Assembly: GCA_964016885.1 (NCBI GenBank)
Contig: OZ024740.1
Location: 58,652,001 to 58,716,000, forward strand
DNA length: 64,000 nt
DNA from: Eledone cirrhosa
Taxonomy: Eukaryota
Direction: 5' to 3'
The notes below the pieces were generated by a model, which was not told where the DNA came from, searched no databases, and saw only the letters and a list, made by a program, of their open reading frames with translations. Positions 1 to 12,519 of the stretch are shown here, piece after piece. A program made the position numbers and the translations under genes. Position 1 is the first letter of the stretch. Every line of letters begins with the position of its first letter.

Positions 1-6
1 TTTTAA

Positions 7-190
7 CAAGTAATCTTACCACAGATAATCTTTAACATAACCTTAACAGTTGATGAAAATGGAGTGTTAGAAGTAAATACAGAAGATTTATATAGATAAC
101 TAATCTCTAATGCAACTATAAATTTACAGTTACTATTAGTAATGCACTTAAAGAAATTATAGAATATCTAGATGATGCGGTTTTACTGAG
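7..190 (+). pseudogene. Possible degenerate Hsp70-family substrate-binding-domain fragment (stop + frameshift), cut by the window edge
   Basis: Frame 1 (7-96) QVILPQIIFNITLTVDENGVLEVNTEDLYR* resembles Hsp70 PQIEVTFDIDANGILNVSAxDK. Frame 3 (123-190) FTVTISNALKEIIEYLDDAVLL resembles the following KITITND...SKEEIERMVQEAE. The two blocks are colinear; matched by eye only. Confidence 0.4.
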
Positions 191-1704
191 TATAATAATA
201 ATAAAAAAATTTCTATAACTGGTATTAAGCTAAACAGAGATTTTTAATGTTCATGTTTATTACATGATTCTCAGTATTATTTAGAAAGACATACCTCATT
301 TTAATACCAAATGTTAGCAAACACACTATTAAAACAGATTGCTATCAATAAATTACTGCATCACTCTAAATCATCATCATCTTTTCCAGCCATTATAGGT
401 ATTTATCTGACTAGCTTCAATCTCTAAGTCTGATACTCTTTCATGAAAAGTAAATACTTGTAGTATGTTTATTCAACTGAGGTAGGTTAGCTTTCAGCTA
501 CAAGATATATTACAACAGTAAAATATTTTATATCAGACACCATTAACTTGTGACTTGATAATAATATTCTGGCAAATTACTGACAGAAAAAAACTGGTGA
601 TTATTATTAAATTGTTGTATAATATCCCACTGTAGTAAACTAGCTGAAGGGAAGAACAATTTATTTTGCTTTTAAGTTTTTCTGTAACTCCATGACAATA
701 ATTTGGTTATTGTTGAAGGAAATTTTAATTGTCATAGATACTGATATTGATTTTCCAGTCTACACAGTAGCATGAAAGTTGTATTATAAATTAAGTAACA
801 TCGACTTTACTCTCAGCAGTAAGTTCTTTCAATAATTTCTATCACAGCTTAAATTCCCATAACATAAACCACTGATCTGAGGCAGGCACTTAACTGTTGC
901 TAGTACAACAAGCAAGTAAAGAAATATATGGAAATTAAGAAAGTTCTCTAGTGGTATTTTTTAGTGGTTCTTAGTGACATTGAGTTGATTAAGAGACAGT
1001 TGGTGTGCAGTATTGCAAGCCTCTAAATTGAACTATAAAGAAATAATTTGCCAAGTTAAAATAATAAAAAGAAGTAAAAAATAAAGAATGAGAAGTATTC
1101 AGAATATGAAGTGATCAAGAAGAGTTGTAAAGCAAGAAATAAAATTGATCCTATGAAGTTTAATATTTTCTTTTTCTTCTGAAAATGTAAAGTTACCATT
1201 GCTATGGTTGCTATCTTTCTGAAAGTAAATTAACTAATTGTGATTTCTACTAATATTAAACTCAAGTTTTGATGCTATTATTGATATAATATTTTATTAA
1301 GTTGCAAAAAAGATTGTAGAAGTTAACACAAACCAACACATTCTGTCCAAAATTCAACGATTAAATTATTTTCTCATCTGATTGAGTCTCTGCTTGTATT
1401 TGAAATCCTAGTGATCTGCATTCTATTTGTTGTTATTGTTTACAGAGGAACTTATTCACTTCCCAAATCATCTGAAAGAAAACAATTTATAGCTTTTGAA
1501 AAGTTTCATTAAAGTTTTAAATAAATGACATTTAGGGTTAACATGGGGAAAATTGTATACATTTAAATGAAGGTTATTCTCATAAAATCTGTTTCACACT
1601 TTAAATCATATCAATTTCAAAATCATGCGATTTTGTTTTTGGTGTGAGGTAAATAAATACGAAATAGAATGAAACCACACAAGACTGTATATTTTCGTTT
1701 TTAG

Positions 1705-1747
1705 ATATGAAGAAGTCTTTGAGCAGAATTTGGCATCTGTTGGTCAG
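1705..1747 (+). other. Candidate 43-nt internal exon of an unidentified host gene
   Basis: Acceptor ttttcgtttttag, donor CAG|gtgaga, open frame (x)YEEVFEQNLASVGQ, non-repeat context. Protein not recognised. Confidence 0.35.
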
Positions 1748-2508
1748 GTGAGAATTAAGTGCAGATGACCTTTTTAAAAAATATTCTTGAAGAAAAGCTA
1801 ATGTTCATGTTTTATAAATCTTAGAATGGGATCATCTAGGGAGTAAGAAAAGCATACTAGATAAACATTTCTTGGCTGGCTGTTGTAATATCAACAAATG
1901 GGAATGCAAGTAGTAGATTGACTTCAATAGCAGAAGTGTTTGTGATTGAATATAATATGGGAAAACATTAAGATATCAATAATTAAAAAAAAAAATAACT
2001 CTTTCAATACAATAAAGACTCTCATAGTGTTGTTAAATGACTGAAGCAAGTTTTGAGATTTGAAGAGGTGTCTCAGAGCAGTGATTTTGTGCATCTCCAC
2101 TCTGGTTTATACTGTGCTTTTGTTAGTGTGACAATAAATTCATCTCTCAGATGGAGCAAACTTATGTTTATTGTAGATAATGTTGAAACTTTATATATGA
2201 AGAAGTAATTTTGATTGGAGGACTGTGAATGTTTAGAGATACATGTGATCCTCTCACAGATTTTCACATGCAATTTAAGAAGTGTTTAGTGACACTTAGA
2301 GCCTTGTACATAAAAACTCTCCTTCCTCATCCTCCATCTCATCATTGTCATCATCATCATCCTCTTCAACAGTTTCATATGAGCTTCAAGTGCACTTTTG
2401 TGTTCCTGAGGTGTATGTAATAATGTGTGTTAGTGTGGCATAGGATTGCTTTTAGTGTTTCATGTGTTTCTTGTATAGATTATGTACAATGAAGGTGTAT
2501 TATTTTAT

Positions 2509-2688
2509 TGGCAGTATCGGTAGAGGGTCAGACACCATGCTTTCCAGCATAGTTATGTCCCTTTACGGTCTGAGTTCAAATCCCTCCGAGGTTGACTTTG
2601 CCTTTCATCCTTACGGGGTCGATAAAATAAAGTACCAGTAATGCACTGGGTAATTTGCTGGCCTTGTGCCTAAAGTAGAAATAATTAT
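2509..2688 (+). mobile_element. tRNA-derived SINE (family S1)
   Basis: A-box-like tggcagtatcggtag, B box gagttcaaatcc, central block gaggttgactttgcctttcatccttacggggtcgataaaataaagtaccag, AT-rich tail. More than 15 related copies in the window. Confidence 0.85.
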
Positions 2689-3289
2689 TTTATTGAATGG
2701 TGATCTTGTAGCATGTGTTGTGTGATTTGTGTTATAGTAGTAGATAGTGATGGCATATAATGTGGATTGTTGGGGGTGATTGTGTAGACAATGAGTTGTG
2801 TGGGTTGGACGAAATAATCTGTGGTATTTGTTATGACTTTGTATTCTGAATTTAGATTCTGCTGTTGAAGATTAAATCTGTTGTCCGGATAAATGCCACT
2901 ACCTGTTCCTTAGGTTCTTTATTAGAGTTCACTCTGTTGCAAGCATTTGGGCCAGGTCTCCAATTTGAGGATACCTTCTTTCCTCACTTCCACCAATCTC
3001 ATTAATACTTACTTTTAGTTGGCTTGGTTTTGAAGGTTAGTTATTTAAGTATCACAAGAGACTGACTGTTGAGGCCAAAATAGAATTATTTAAACTATGT
3101 GTTGAGATTGTATGTTGGTGGGAGATTAATTATAGCAGTAGATATATTGAAACCATCTAGTATTGAGGAATTAGGTAGTGGAAAGCAAAAGCTAATTGAA
3201 ATGTATTTAGGTATTATTATTTCTGCTACTTTGCACACCAATATGCTTCAACCACTATTTCACAAATGTGCAGTTTCCTCTCTCTGGCT

Positions 3290-3912
3290 CTTGGTTGTGC
3301 CACAATGAAATACACCCAGTCCATTCTGTAAAGTGGTAATGCTGGTGCCTTGATAAATATACCTAATCAGTCTATGCTGTACAATGGTAATGCTGGTGTC
3401 ATGATAAAATGCACCTAGTACATGCTGTAACATGGTAATGCTGGTGTCATGATAAAATGCACCTAGTACATGCTGTAACATGGTAATGCTGGTGTCATGA
3501 TAAAATGCACCTAGTACATGCTGTAACATGGTAATGCTGGTGTCATGATAAAATGCACCTAGTACATGCTGTAACATGGTAATGCTGGTGTCATGATAAA
3601 ATGCACCTAGTACATGCTGTAACATGGTAATGCTGGTGTCATGATAAAATGCACCTAGTACATGCTGTAACATGGTAATACTGGTGTCATGATAAAATGC
3701 ACCTAGTACATGCTGTAACATGGTAATGCTGGTGTCATGATAAAATGCACCTAGTACATGCTGTAACATGGTATTGCTGGTGTCATGATAAAATGCACTC
3801 AGTACACATTGTGAGTTGGTAGTGCTGGTGCCATGATAAAATACACTCAATACATGCTGTAAAATGGTAGTGGTGGCACCATGATAAAATGCACCCAGTA
3901 CACACTGTAGCA
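3290..3912. repeat. 48-bp minisatellite (~12-13 units) derived from the RTE UTR module
   Basis: Unit tggtaatgctggtgtcatgataaaatgcacctagtacatgctgtaaca; near-identical centre, diverged edges. It produces the 16-aa repeat in ORF 3260..3913. Confidence 0.95.
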
Positions 3913-4578
3913 CCCAGTACTCTATCTCTTTCTCTCTAACATGGGTACTAGACCAGAAAAGTTGTGGGTTGGGGTTAGTTAACTAAATCTACCCTAGTAA
4001 TTAACTGGTACTTTATATTATCAACCTCAGATATATGACTGGCAAAGTTACCTTTCACAAGATTTGAAGTCAGAATGTAAAGAACCGAAACAAATAATAA
4101 CACAAGCCATTTTGTTTCAATGTTCTGATGATTCTGCCAATTCAGAGTAATTAATAACGAAAAGCAACTTCCCAAATATGGAATGTATGAGCAAGATAGG
4201 TTGATCTGACATTCCATCTGATCTCAGAGTATGGCAACCTATGCAACCCATACCAGAAGAAAAAACAGATGTAATATGATGATGATGACGATGATGATGA
4301 TGATGAGTATACTCACATTTATGAGTATCTTAATAGGCAAAGTATTTCCGAATTTTTTGAAAATATTTACGTGACTTCATTTCACTTGATATTTCTCAGG
4401 AATAGGAGAGATATAATAGAAAGAGAGGGGGAGACAGACAGAGAGACAGAGATTAAGTGGTATTCCTTAGAGTATTTATATTATCTGGCTACATGTAAAA
4501 GCAAACTAACTTTATTATTTCTTGATTATAAGCATCTGCAACTAAAACTGAAAGTGCTGATATCTATGTATGTATATA

Positions 4579-4613
<35 letters not shown>

Positions 4614-4800
4614 ATATAATTATACCTATACATACACCCACACACACATATATATGTGTGTGTGTGTGTGTTCATGTAAAACGTAAACAAAAACAACAAA
4701 ACAAACAACAGTACAATGAAGAAATATATTAGTTTAATGCTTGATATAGTAGGAAAAGCGTTGCAGGTTTTACATCAAGGTTATATATATATATATACAC

Positions 4801-4985
4801 TCCTGTGGGAGCCCCTACATGGACACACTGGAAGAGGAAGACCAAGGTTAACGTATGTTGATATCCTAAGGACGGACACTGGTCTGTTGGAGACGCAGGA
4901 CATGGCAGTGATAATGAGGGACAGAGACCGCTGGAGAGAACTTGTCCATGGATCTCGAGAATTTTACCCACCCTAGAATAGAATA
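4801..4985 (+). mobile_element. 3' end of a separate RTE-type LINE family inserted in a (TA)n tract
   Basis: LLWEPLHGHTGRGRPRLTYVDILRTDTGL...MRDRDRWRELV is a typical RTE C-terminus; short (tagaa)n tail. Confidence 0.8.
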
Positions 4986-5149
4986 TATAATAATAATAGG
5001 GTTTAGGTATCGTAAGAGGGGATGAAGCAGAGAGGTACAAAGAGGTGCGATACAGAATACTTTTTCAGGCAAAATGCAGGGTGATGTCAAGTTGGCGTAA
5101 TAATTTCTCAACTGTATCTATACTTACTGGTGTAATCATAAGAACTTCT

Positions 5150-5189
5150 GCCTTTGAAGAGCCCTTCTGGGCGAAACACGTGTAAGAGC
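5150..5189 (+). ncRNA. Minimal type I hammerhead ribozyme (PLE-type), C3->U variant
   Basis: gcct-UUGAAGA-gccc(ttct)gggc-GAAA-cacgtg-UA-agagc: perfect stem II, palindromic stem III, GUA cleavage triplet, bulged stem I. Confidence 0.7.
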
Positions 5190-5257
5190 TATATAAAGGA
5201 CTTGTTTTAAGGCTTGTAACTCCTTCATTCGTTTGCTTATATATATATATATATACA

Positions 5258-7140
5258 CATCATAGTCATCATTACATCCATTTTTCAAATTTTGCACAGG
5301 TTAAATGGGTCTTTCTCAGCACAGTATCTCTCTACTAGTCACGTTCCTTCCTCAACTCCTTTGTGAATCTGTGATTTGAGGTCAGCTCTCACCACCTCTG
5401 CCCAGCTGTTTCTTGTTCTACTACGGCTTCCTTCCACTGGCATTTCCTGGCACTTTTTTACCCATGTACATAACATATCCATACTCTTCTCTCCTGCACA
5501 TCACCTCGGATTCCTCTTAAACCCAGCTTCTCTCTCAGCTAGTCCAAGCTCTGCTTTTCTCTAACACTTACATTTCACATCCAACAAAGCATAGATGCTT
5601 CATTTCTCTGCAGTCTATGCATGTCTTCTGCAGTCATAGCCCATGTTTCACTACCATACAACATTGCACTTCACACACAGGCATCATACAGTCATCCTTT
5701 TGTACATAGGGAGAATCTTTTTGTAGTTAACGGTGGGAGTAGCTCTCCAAACTTGTTCCATCCTATCCTATCCTTATTTTAGCTTTTATGCTCTCAGAGC
5801 ACCTTCCTCCACTGCAACTTAAGTCACATAGATAGCAGAAGCTATCAACCACTTTTATGAACCTTTCCTGTGACTGGAAAAGGTTTATATCACTGATGCT
5901 CTTCCCCTCAATTACCCCATGCATCTTCTACGTACAAAGTCTTCCTTTCCTGTTTGTCTACTCACTACATCTCTTGTGTACCCAAGATTTACATTGTGTA
6001 CATTGTATGGAGTTTATGCCTACCCCTTTTCTACATACTAAGCAGGGCATCTTCCCTGAAGAAATCAAGGTCCTATCTTCCTTCTTACTCACTAACACTT
6101 TAGTTTTGGCTAAGTTTATTCTCAGACCTTTTGATTCCAAATTCCATTTCCATTGTCAGAATTTATTTTCTAGTTCTTTTATGGATTTGGCCACAAGCAT
6201 CAAATCATCTAATAGAGAAGTTCACAAGGACAGCCTGTTTTAAACTTCTTTGTTATGGCCTGGAGAATTATGATGAGCAGCAGTGGGCTAACAGCCGAAC
6301 CTTGATGAACTCCTACCTGTACGTTGAATTCCTTACTAAACTTACGTCCTACTCTCACTTTACTGACAGCTCCTCTGTACATGGCTTGCACTGCTCTCAC
6401 AAGCCATTCTTCTACACCTAATATCCTTAGTGACCACCAGATAATAGATCGAGGTCCTCTGTTAAAGCCCTTTTCTAGATCAACATAAAAACAAACACAC
6501 ACACACATACATACATATATATATATATATATATTCACATACACACATACATAATACATATATGAATATACATGCATATACATATATACATATACATACT
6601 TACACACATTTTTCTTAACTATAGCATCATGGTGTATATCATCTGCATACAATGTTGGACTTTAATATAGGAAAGGTTTTATATAGTTTATCTTTTCAAG
6701 CTGAAATTGTGTCTGATATTTTCTTTAAAATATATGTCCATTGAAGTCACCAAGATGATGAGGTCTTTGTCATCAGTAACTAAGGGTTCTCTGTAAATGT
6801 TCCTCATACAAACTGTCCTTTTGTTCTTTACTTGCTTGTGGTGCATAGGTGGATGTAATTGTTACCATTCTATTACCTACAGCTATTAACTACCTATATT
6901 ATCATCCATTTCTCAGCTAGCAGAAGGCCTACACCAGATACCATATTGTCATTTCCTACCAAGAAAAGTTTGTATCTATGTTGTTTGCCTGTGGATAGTC
7001 ACGCTGAGGCACCCCTCCATTTCCCCTCTTGTACACTGTATACATCTACTGGTTTCCTTTCTAACAGCTCTACAATTGCTCTTCATTTACCTTTCAGAAT
7101 GCCCACATTGAGAGTGGCAGCCCTGAGATGTGTTACTTGA
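5258..7140 (-). mobile_element. Old, internally deleted RTE LINE (family D)
   Basis: APE N-terminal remnant at ~6860-7140, RT remnants (VDLEKGFNR..., QVGVHQGS, ELLY; ORFs 6209..6652, 5958..6140), PHD remnant, decayed 3' tail at ~5260. Interrupted by microsatellite ~6490-6610. Confidence 0.85.
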
Positions 7141-7330
7141 CAGTGATTAGATCCTTCAGTAGCAGTTCTTTGTACTGGGAAGGAAATATATACATATATA
7201 TATATTAGTAGTAGTAGTAGTATTATATAAAACACATGGCTGAAGAACAAAACATTAATAACATTGGTTTGCTTCTGGAAAATCTGAGTACCTAGGAAGG
7301 TATATGGCAGTTTGCCTTGTGTTTTATATA

Positions 7331-7520
7331 ATTGTTTCTACTTTTGGCACAAGGCCAGCAATTATCATAGTGCATTACTGGTACCTTACTTTATCGACCC
7401 CCGTAAGGATGAAAGGCAAAGTTAACCTCGGCGAGATTTGAACTCAGATCGTAAAGGGCCGTAACTCTATGCTGCAAAGTATGACCTCCAATCCTCTACC
7501 GAAACCGCCAATCCACCGCC
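7331..7520 (-). mobile_element. Full-length tRNA-derived SINE (S1) with 13-bp target-site duplication
   Basis: Minus strand ggcggtggattggcggtttcggtagagg...gagttcaaatctcgccgagg. TSD tgtgttttatata at 7318-7330 and 7522-7534. Confidence 0.9.
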
Positions 7521-7549
7521 ATGTGTTTTATATAATATGATATATTTAC

Positions 7550-7720
7550 CTCTACATTGAAGGCTCTTTTGTATTCAAGCTCCTACCAACAACTATATAG
7601 CTACCAACTTACCCTCTCCTTCTCCTTTCATTCCATCACCCCAGTTCCTCCTTTACACTCATATTCACACTTTTTCCTCTTCCAGTTTCTTAGCCATTCC
7701 TCCCTTTGTTATCACATTTA
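7550..7720 (+). mobile_element. Decayed Penelope-like RT fragment
   Basis: Reverse-complement similar to ~23565-23720 (KLLPTTI.../PFIPSPQF...HTFSSSSFLAI), a PLE RT segment. Confidence 0.5.
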
Positions 7721-7932
7721 CCTCAAATGAATGGACGACATGGCTGTCTGTAGCTGAAATAGGTTTTTCTTTTTTTTTCACTGCAGTATATGAGAAATGA
7801 ATGTAAGTCCTTGGAGGGGCTACAATGTTGCGTATGTGTGCCGCAATTGTGTGAGAAATAGATGAAGTGATGGCAATTCTCAAAAGCGAAATGCAACCAT
7901 TATATACATACATATATATATATATATATATA

Positions 7933-7989
7933 GGAAAAAGTATGACCCCCGACGGCAGAGCTCAAGCCATTTCGACGGCTATTTCTGTT
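7933..7989 (-). ncRNA. 5'-truncated hammerhead remnant (PLE terminus) in (TA)n
   Basis: Minus strand: ...agccgtc-GAAA-tggct-tgagctc-tgccg-UC-ggggg. Same family as 58191-58250 and 17791-17852; CUGANGA missing. Confidence 0.5.
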
Positions 7990-8474
7990 ATATATATATA
8001 TATATACACACACACAAGCATACATGTACACACATACACACACACACACACAGATACATACATTTATATATATATATATATGTGTACATGTACATGACTA
8101 TACTACTTTACTGTACATGAAGCTAATGTTGTTTGCAGAGGTAGAGTAGAGAGGCATTCATCTCATTTAACATGTCATGCAGATTACCACAGCGAAAGTG
8201 ATGCCATATAGTATTCCAATGTAAATATTTAGTAATACAGCTAAGCCCATATCTGGATTCTTATTCACTCAGTAATCATTCATTTACAACTCATTTGGAG
8301 TGTTTATAACTTCATTTTTTGTTGTTTATGTTTATTTTGTATTTGTAAGCAATTTTACTATTTACATAGACATTGTGAGTGGTTTTTCTTGTGTTAGGAA
8401 CCTTAGGAGCATGATTCTTCAAACAAACAGCATTTTTTTTTCATATAAAACCATGAAAGTAAATAGAAATTGTT

Positions 8475-8745
8475 GTTTCAATCTTAACATCTTATAATCA
8501 TTTAGCAGAAGATATCTAAATGCAGGCTTGTTGATTAAAATATTTACAGTATCTTTACGAGTGGACAGATTTTTGAGAAAATTTACAATGTTATAATAAT
8601 AATAATGAAATTATTGTGTACAGTGCTCAGGTGCACTACAACTGAATAAAAGTTTAATTTTTATTATAATACAATGCTGTTTTGCACTATCCAAGAATAT
8701 CTTGATAATGTGGTTTGCTGTGTTACAGGACTTCAAAATTTAAAG
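8475..8745 (+). mobile_element. Diverged copy of MITE family M2 with an internal insertion
   Basis: Colinear with 21434-21636 (tttacagtatcttta.gagtggacagat; caagaatatcttgataatgtggttt). Confidence 0.6.
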
Positions 8746-8781
8746 AATCATGAGAAAAACAAATTCAGCATATATTTATTT

Positions 8782-11495
8782 ATCATCATCATCATCATCA
8801 CCGTTTTACGTCCGTTCTTCCACGCTAGCATGGGTTAGACGGGTTGTCCTGTTGTGGGCAGTGTCTGGTCGGCTGACCATGCCTTGCTCATACAGGAACT
8901 GATCTGGCTTGATTTCTACAGCTGGATGCCCTTCCTAACACCAACCTCATTTACAGTGAGTGCTGGGTGCTTTTTCGTGGCGCCTACACGTCCACTTTAC
9001 AGTGTGGGCTGGGTGCTTTTTTGCCGTGGCACCTCCACGACCACCTTGCGGTGGGGGGGGGGGGGCATATTGTTTATATGCTTCAGCATGTACCCATGGG
9101 AGGTCGGGTACCCTGTATTACTGCGTGACGCCAGAAGTCACGGTCGTGTGTCATTGACTTTGAGAGGTGTAGTTGGGTAAGGTCGGCTTTTATCACCTCA
9201 TCCCAAGTCATCTTGGGTCTCCCCACTCCGCGGTTTCCATCAACTTCTAGTGCTCTGCACCTTTTTATGCAGCTGTCATCCTTCATACGCATCACATGTC
9301 CATACCAGCGTAACCGCCTCTCCTGCACGCAGCATTTGATTCCTCTTATGCTCAGTCTCTCTCTCAATTCATTTATGCTTTGTCGTTCACGTATATTACT
9401 GTTACACATCCATCGGAGCATGCAGGCTTCGTTTCTCTCTAATCTACGTAAGTCTTCCACCTTCAGCGCCCAGGTCTCACTACCATGCAACATCGCTGTT
9501 CGGATACACGCATCATACAGTCTGCCTTTCATTCTGAGGGAGAAGCCTTTTGCAGCTAGCAGTGGTAGTAGTTCCCTAAACTTCTTCCATCCCGTTCTTA
9601 CCCTAGTTATTGTACTTTCTGAGCACCCACCTCCGTTGCTAATTCGGTCACCTAGGTAGCAGAAGCTGTCTACTGTTTCTACAGGGCCCTCCCAGAGATT
9701 GGTGGTACTTGTTTCCTGTGGCTGTTTGCTTGCTGTTTCAGCACAGCTGCTGCATGTGAATCCTACATTCTTAATTAAGCTTCCTGAGATCCCGCTACAT
9801 CTCTTGTGTACCCATTGTTTGCATTTGGGGCAAAGAATGGAGTTCCTACCTACACCTTTCCTACATACTGAGCAAGGCCATTTCCCTGAGGGGATCTGGG
9901 TTCTGTTTTCTCGTCTACTTATAAGGACCTTAGTCTTTGTCATGTTGACTTTGAGGCCCTTTCTCTCTAGTCCCTGCTTCCAGGTTTGGAATTTATTCTC
10001 TAGTTCTACCATAGATTCAGCTATGAGTGCGAGGTCATCAGCATACAGGAGTTCCCATGGGCATCCGGTCTTAAACTCCTCCGTTATTGCCTGCAGGACT
10101 ATGATGAACAGGAGAGGGCTAAGAACAGAGCCCTGGTGGACCCCAACCTGTACGCTAAATTCCTCGCTATACTCATTGCCAATCCTAACTTTGCTGACTG
10201 CTCCCCTATACATGGCTTGTACCGCTTTCACAAGCCATTCATCTACTCCTAGTTTTCTAAGAGCCCACCAGATTACTGCACGTGGAACTCTGTCAAAGGC
10301 TTTCTCAAGGTCGACAAATGCCAAGTAGAGTGGCTTACTTTTAGCTAGGTACTTTTCCTGTAATTGCCTCACAAGGAAGAGCGCATCAGTGGTGCCTTTC
10401 CCTGGAACAAACCCAAATTGCATCTCGTCTATATTCACCCGGTCCCTAATCAGCTGTGCTATAACTCTTTCTGTTACTTTCATGACCTGGTCCATCAACT
10501 TTATACCTCTATAGTTTCCTCTATCTAGTGCATCGCCTTTACCTTTGTAGCAGTTGACAATGATGCTACTGCACCAATCTTTTGGTATGGCCCCCTCTAG
10601 TATTACCTGGTTAACGATACGTGTGGTTATAGTGTGACCTACAGACCCAGATGCCTTCAGCATCTCGGCAGCTATACCCGATGGACCGGTTGCCTTCCCT
10701 ATCTTCATATCTCTGATTGCCTTACTTACTACGCTGCCGCTGACTTGTACTGCTGGTCCCTCTATAGGGTCTACGTGGGGTAGGGTCTCTTCTTCCCATG
10801 CATTCTCCTCATTTAGTAATCTATCATAATGACTCTTCCATGCATCTTTCTTCTCAGCACTTGTGAGGGCAAGCTCACCTTTATCATTCCGGATACACTT
10901 CTCTCCAATGACATCACAACTATCTCTGACACACTGCCTCGCAATCTTGAATACCTCCTGTTTCTGGTCCTCACGTTGTAAAACATGCTTGAATTTTCTA
11001 TCCTCTGCTTCCCTCCTAGCTAAGTATACTTGTCGCCTAGCTTCCCTCTTGGTCTCTATGTAATGTACCCTGCTCCCCCCGTTCTTCCATTCTTTCCATG
11101 CCTGTCTCTTGGCCTTGACTGCTTCATCTACCTTATTGTTCCACCACCAAGTCACTCTCCTCCTGCTTGAGGTCTTACTCCAGCCACAGACCTCATCCGT
11201 CGCCTCTAGTAAGTTATTTTTTAGGAACTCCCAGTTCTCTTCTACGTTAAATGTCTCTATCTGTTCTTCTTTACTGTCGTAGGCGTTGAGTAAAATATCT
11301 TTAAATCTGTTACTGGTTGAGGGGACTTTCAGCTTCCAGATCTTTCTTCTCCAGGTTGGCCTCTGTTTCAGGGCTCGTCTAGTTCTGACCGTGAGGTCGC
11401 TGACAACTAAGCTATGTTGGGATGTACATTCCTCACTAGGGAAGGCTTTTGTGTTTACGACCGTCCATCTGTCACGTCCTCTGATGAGGATAAAA

Positions 11496-11500
<5 letters not shown>
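8782..11500 (-). mobile_element. RTE-clade LINE family A, 5'-truncated, young copy
   Basis: Uninterrupted ORF, ~300-bp 3' UTR, (TGA)n tail at 8782-8800. The 5' end breaks within the APE domain at a (TA)n tract. Confidence 0.97.
9083..11500 (-). CDS. RTE ORF: C-terminal end of APE endonuclease, reverse transcriptase, PHD-type finger, C-terminal domain (no genuine start codon)
   Basis: DFIL...SQHSLVV (APE end), NYRGIKL, QFGF, FVDLEKAFDRV, GVHQGSVLSPLLF, LLYADD, C4HC3 finger, RRLRWYGHV, GRPKMTW. The MMMIYIY start in the ORF track is microsatellite. Confidence 0.92.
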
Positions 11501-11535
<35 letters not shown>

Positions 11536-11587
11536 TCATCATCTTCGTTTAACGTCCATTTTCCACACTAGCATATATATATACACA

Positions 11588-12440
11588 CAAGGTGTGTCAG
11601 AAAAGGAACAAGATTTAGTGTGCTGTGTGAACTATGAGTGGAGTAGGGATTAGTGGGTTGTGTCGCTGGGTGATGTAATATCCAATGAGTATATAACTGA
11701 TATAACTCTATGCAGCCACTGTATGTTTTTTCACGTGCTTTTGTTGACATTTCCCCAAATTAGGGCTGTTGAGGGATGGGCACAGAGCAATGAACCAGCC
11801 TGAAGTTTCTGGTCTAGCTTGGTAAAACTCTGCCAGAAGCACTTGGAATATTGCAGCAAGTATATGGAGATGTGACGATGTCACACTCATTAATTTTCAT
11901 GTGGCACAAAAGGTTAAAAGAGGGACACAAGGAGATGGAAGACAACCCCAGGAGTGGAAGGTGTTCAACAAGCAGGACTGAAGCCAACGTTGAGCGTGTG
12001 AGGCAGGTGTTGTGTGATGATCATCAGCTGACTGTTCGACTAATAATAAGTGAGCTAGGCATGAACTGTGACAGCGTTTGAAAGATTTTCACTGAAGATT
12101 TGGGCATGTGAAAGATCTGTACAAAGATGATCAGAAGGAGCAGCTCATGCAGATGTGTCAGGACATCCTTGAGCATCTTGAAACCGAATCATACTTGCTG
12201 GGGAGAGTCATGACCAGTTATGAGCCATGGATCTTTGTTTTCCAGACATGGAAGCCATCAAAAAGGTTGTAACGACGGAGCTGCAGAGAATTGGGTAGAT
12301 CCTTCCAGGAGTGCATGGAGGCGAGGTGGAGAAGGATGGGAAAGTGCATTAGACTGAAGGGGGAAACTTGTAGTTTGGATTTGAAAATTTGAAACATCTT
12401 TTTTGTGACTCCAGTCCTGTTTCTTTTCTGATACACCTCG
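11588..12440 (+). mobile_element. Internally deleted mariner-family transposon
   Basis: Imperfect TIRs caaggtgtgtcagaaaaggaaca / cctgtttcttttctgatacacctcg. HTH region QQVYGDVTMS...WHKRLKEG...EDNPRSGR...TSRTEANVERVRQV. Most of the catalytic domain is deleted. Confidence 0.88.
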
Positions 12441-12466
12441 TGCATGTATACACGCACCCACAAACA

Positions 12467-12511
<45 letters not shown>

Positions 12512-12519
12512 TTTTTAAA

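Noticed and set aside
3260-3913. 217-aa repetitive ORF / CRISPR-like look
   Set aside because: Translation of a head-to-tail 48-bp minisatellite; no unique spacers, no cas genes, eukaryotic context.
9213-11552. Recurrent antisense ORFs over RTE copies (also at 55237-57519, 42160-43980)
   Set aside because: Shadow frames of the conserved RT coding strand; repeated only because the LINE is repeated.
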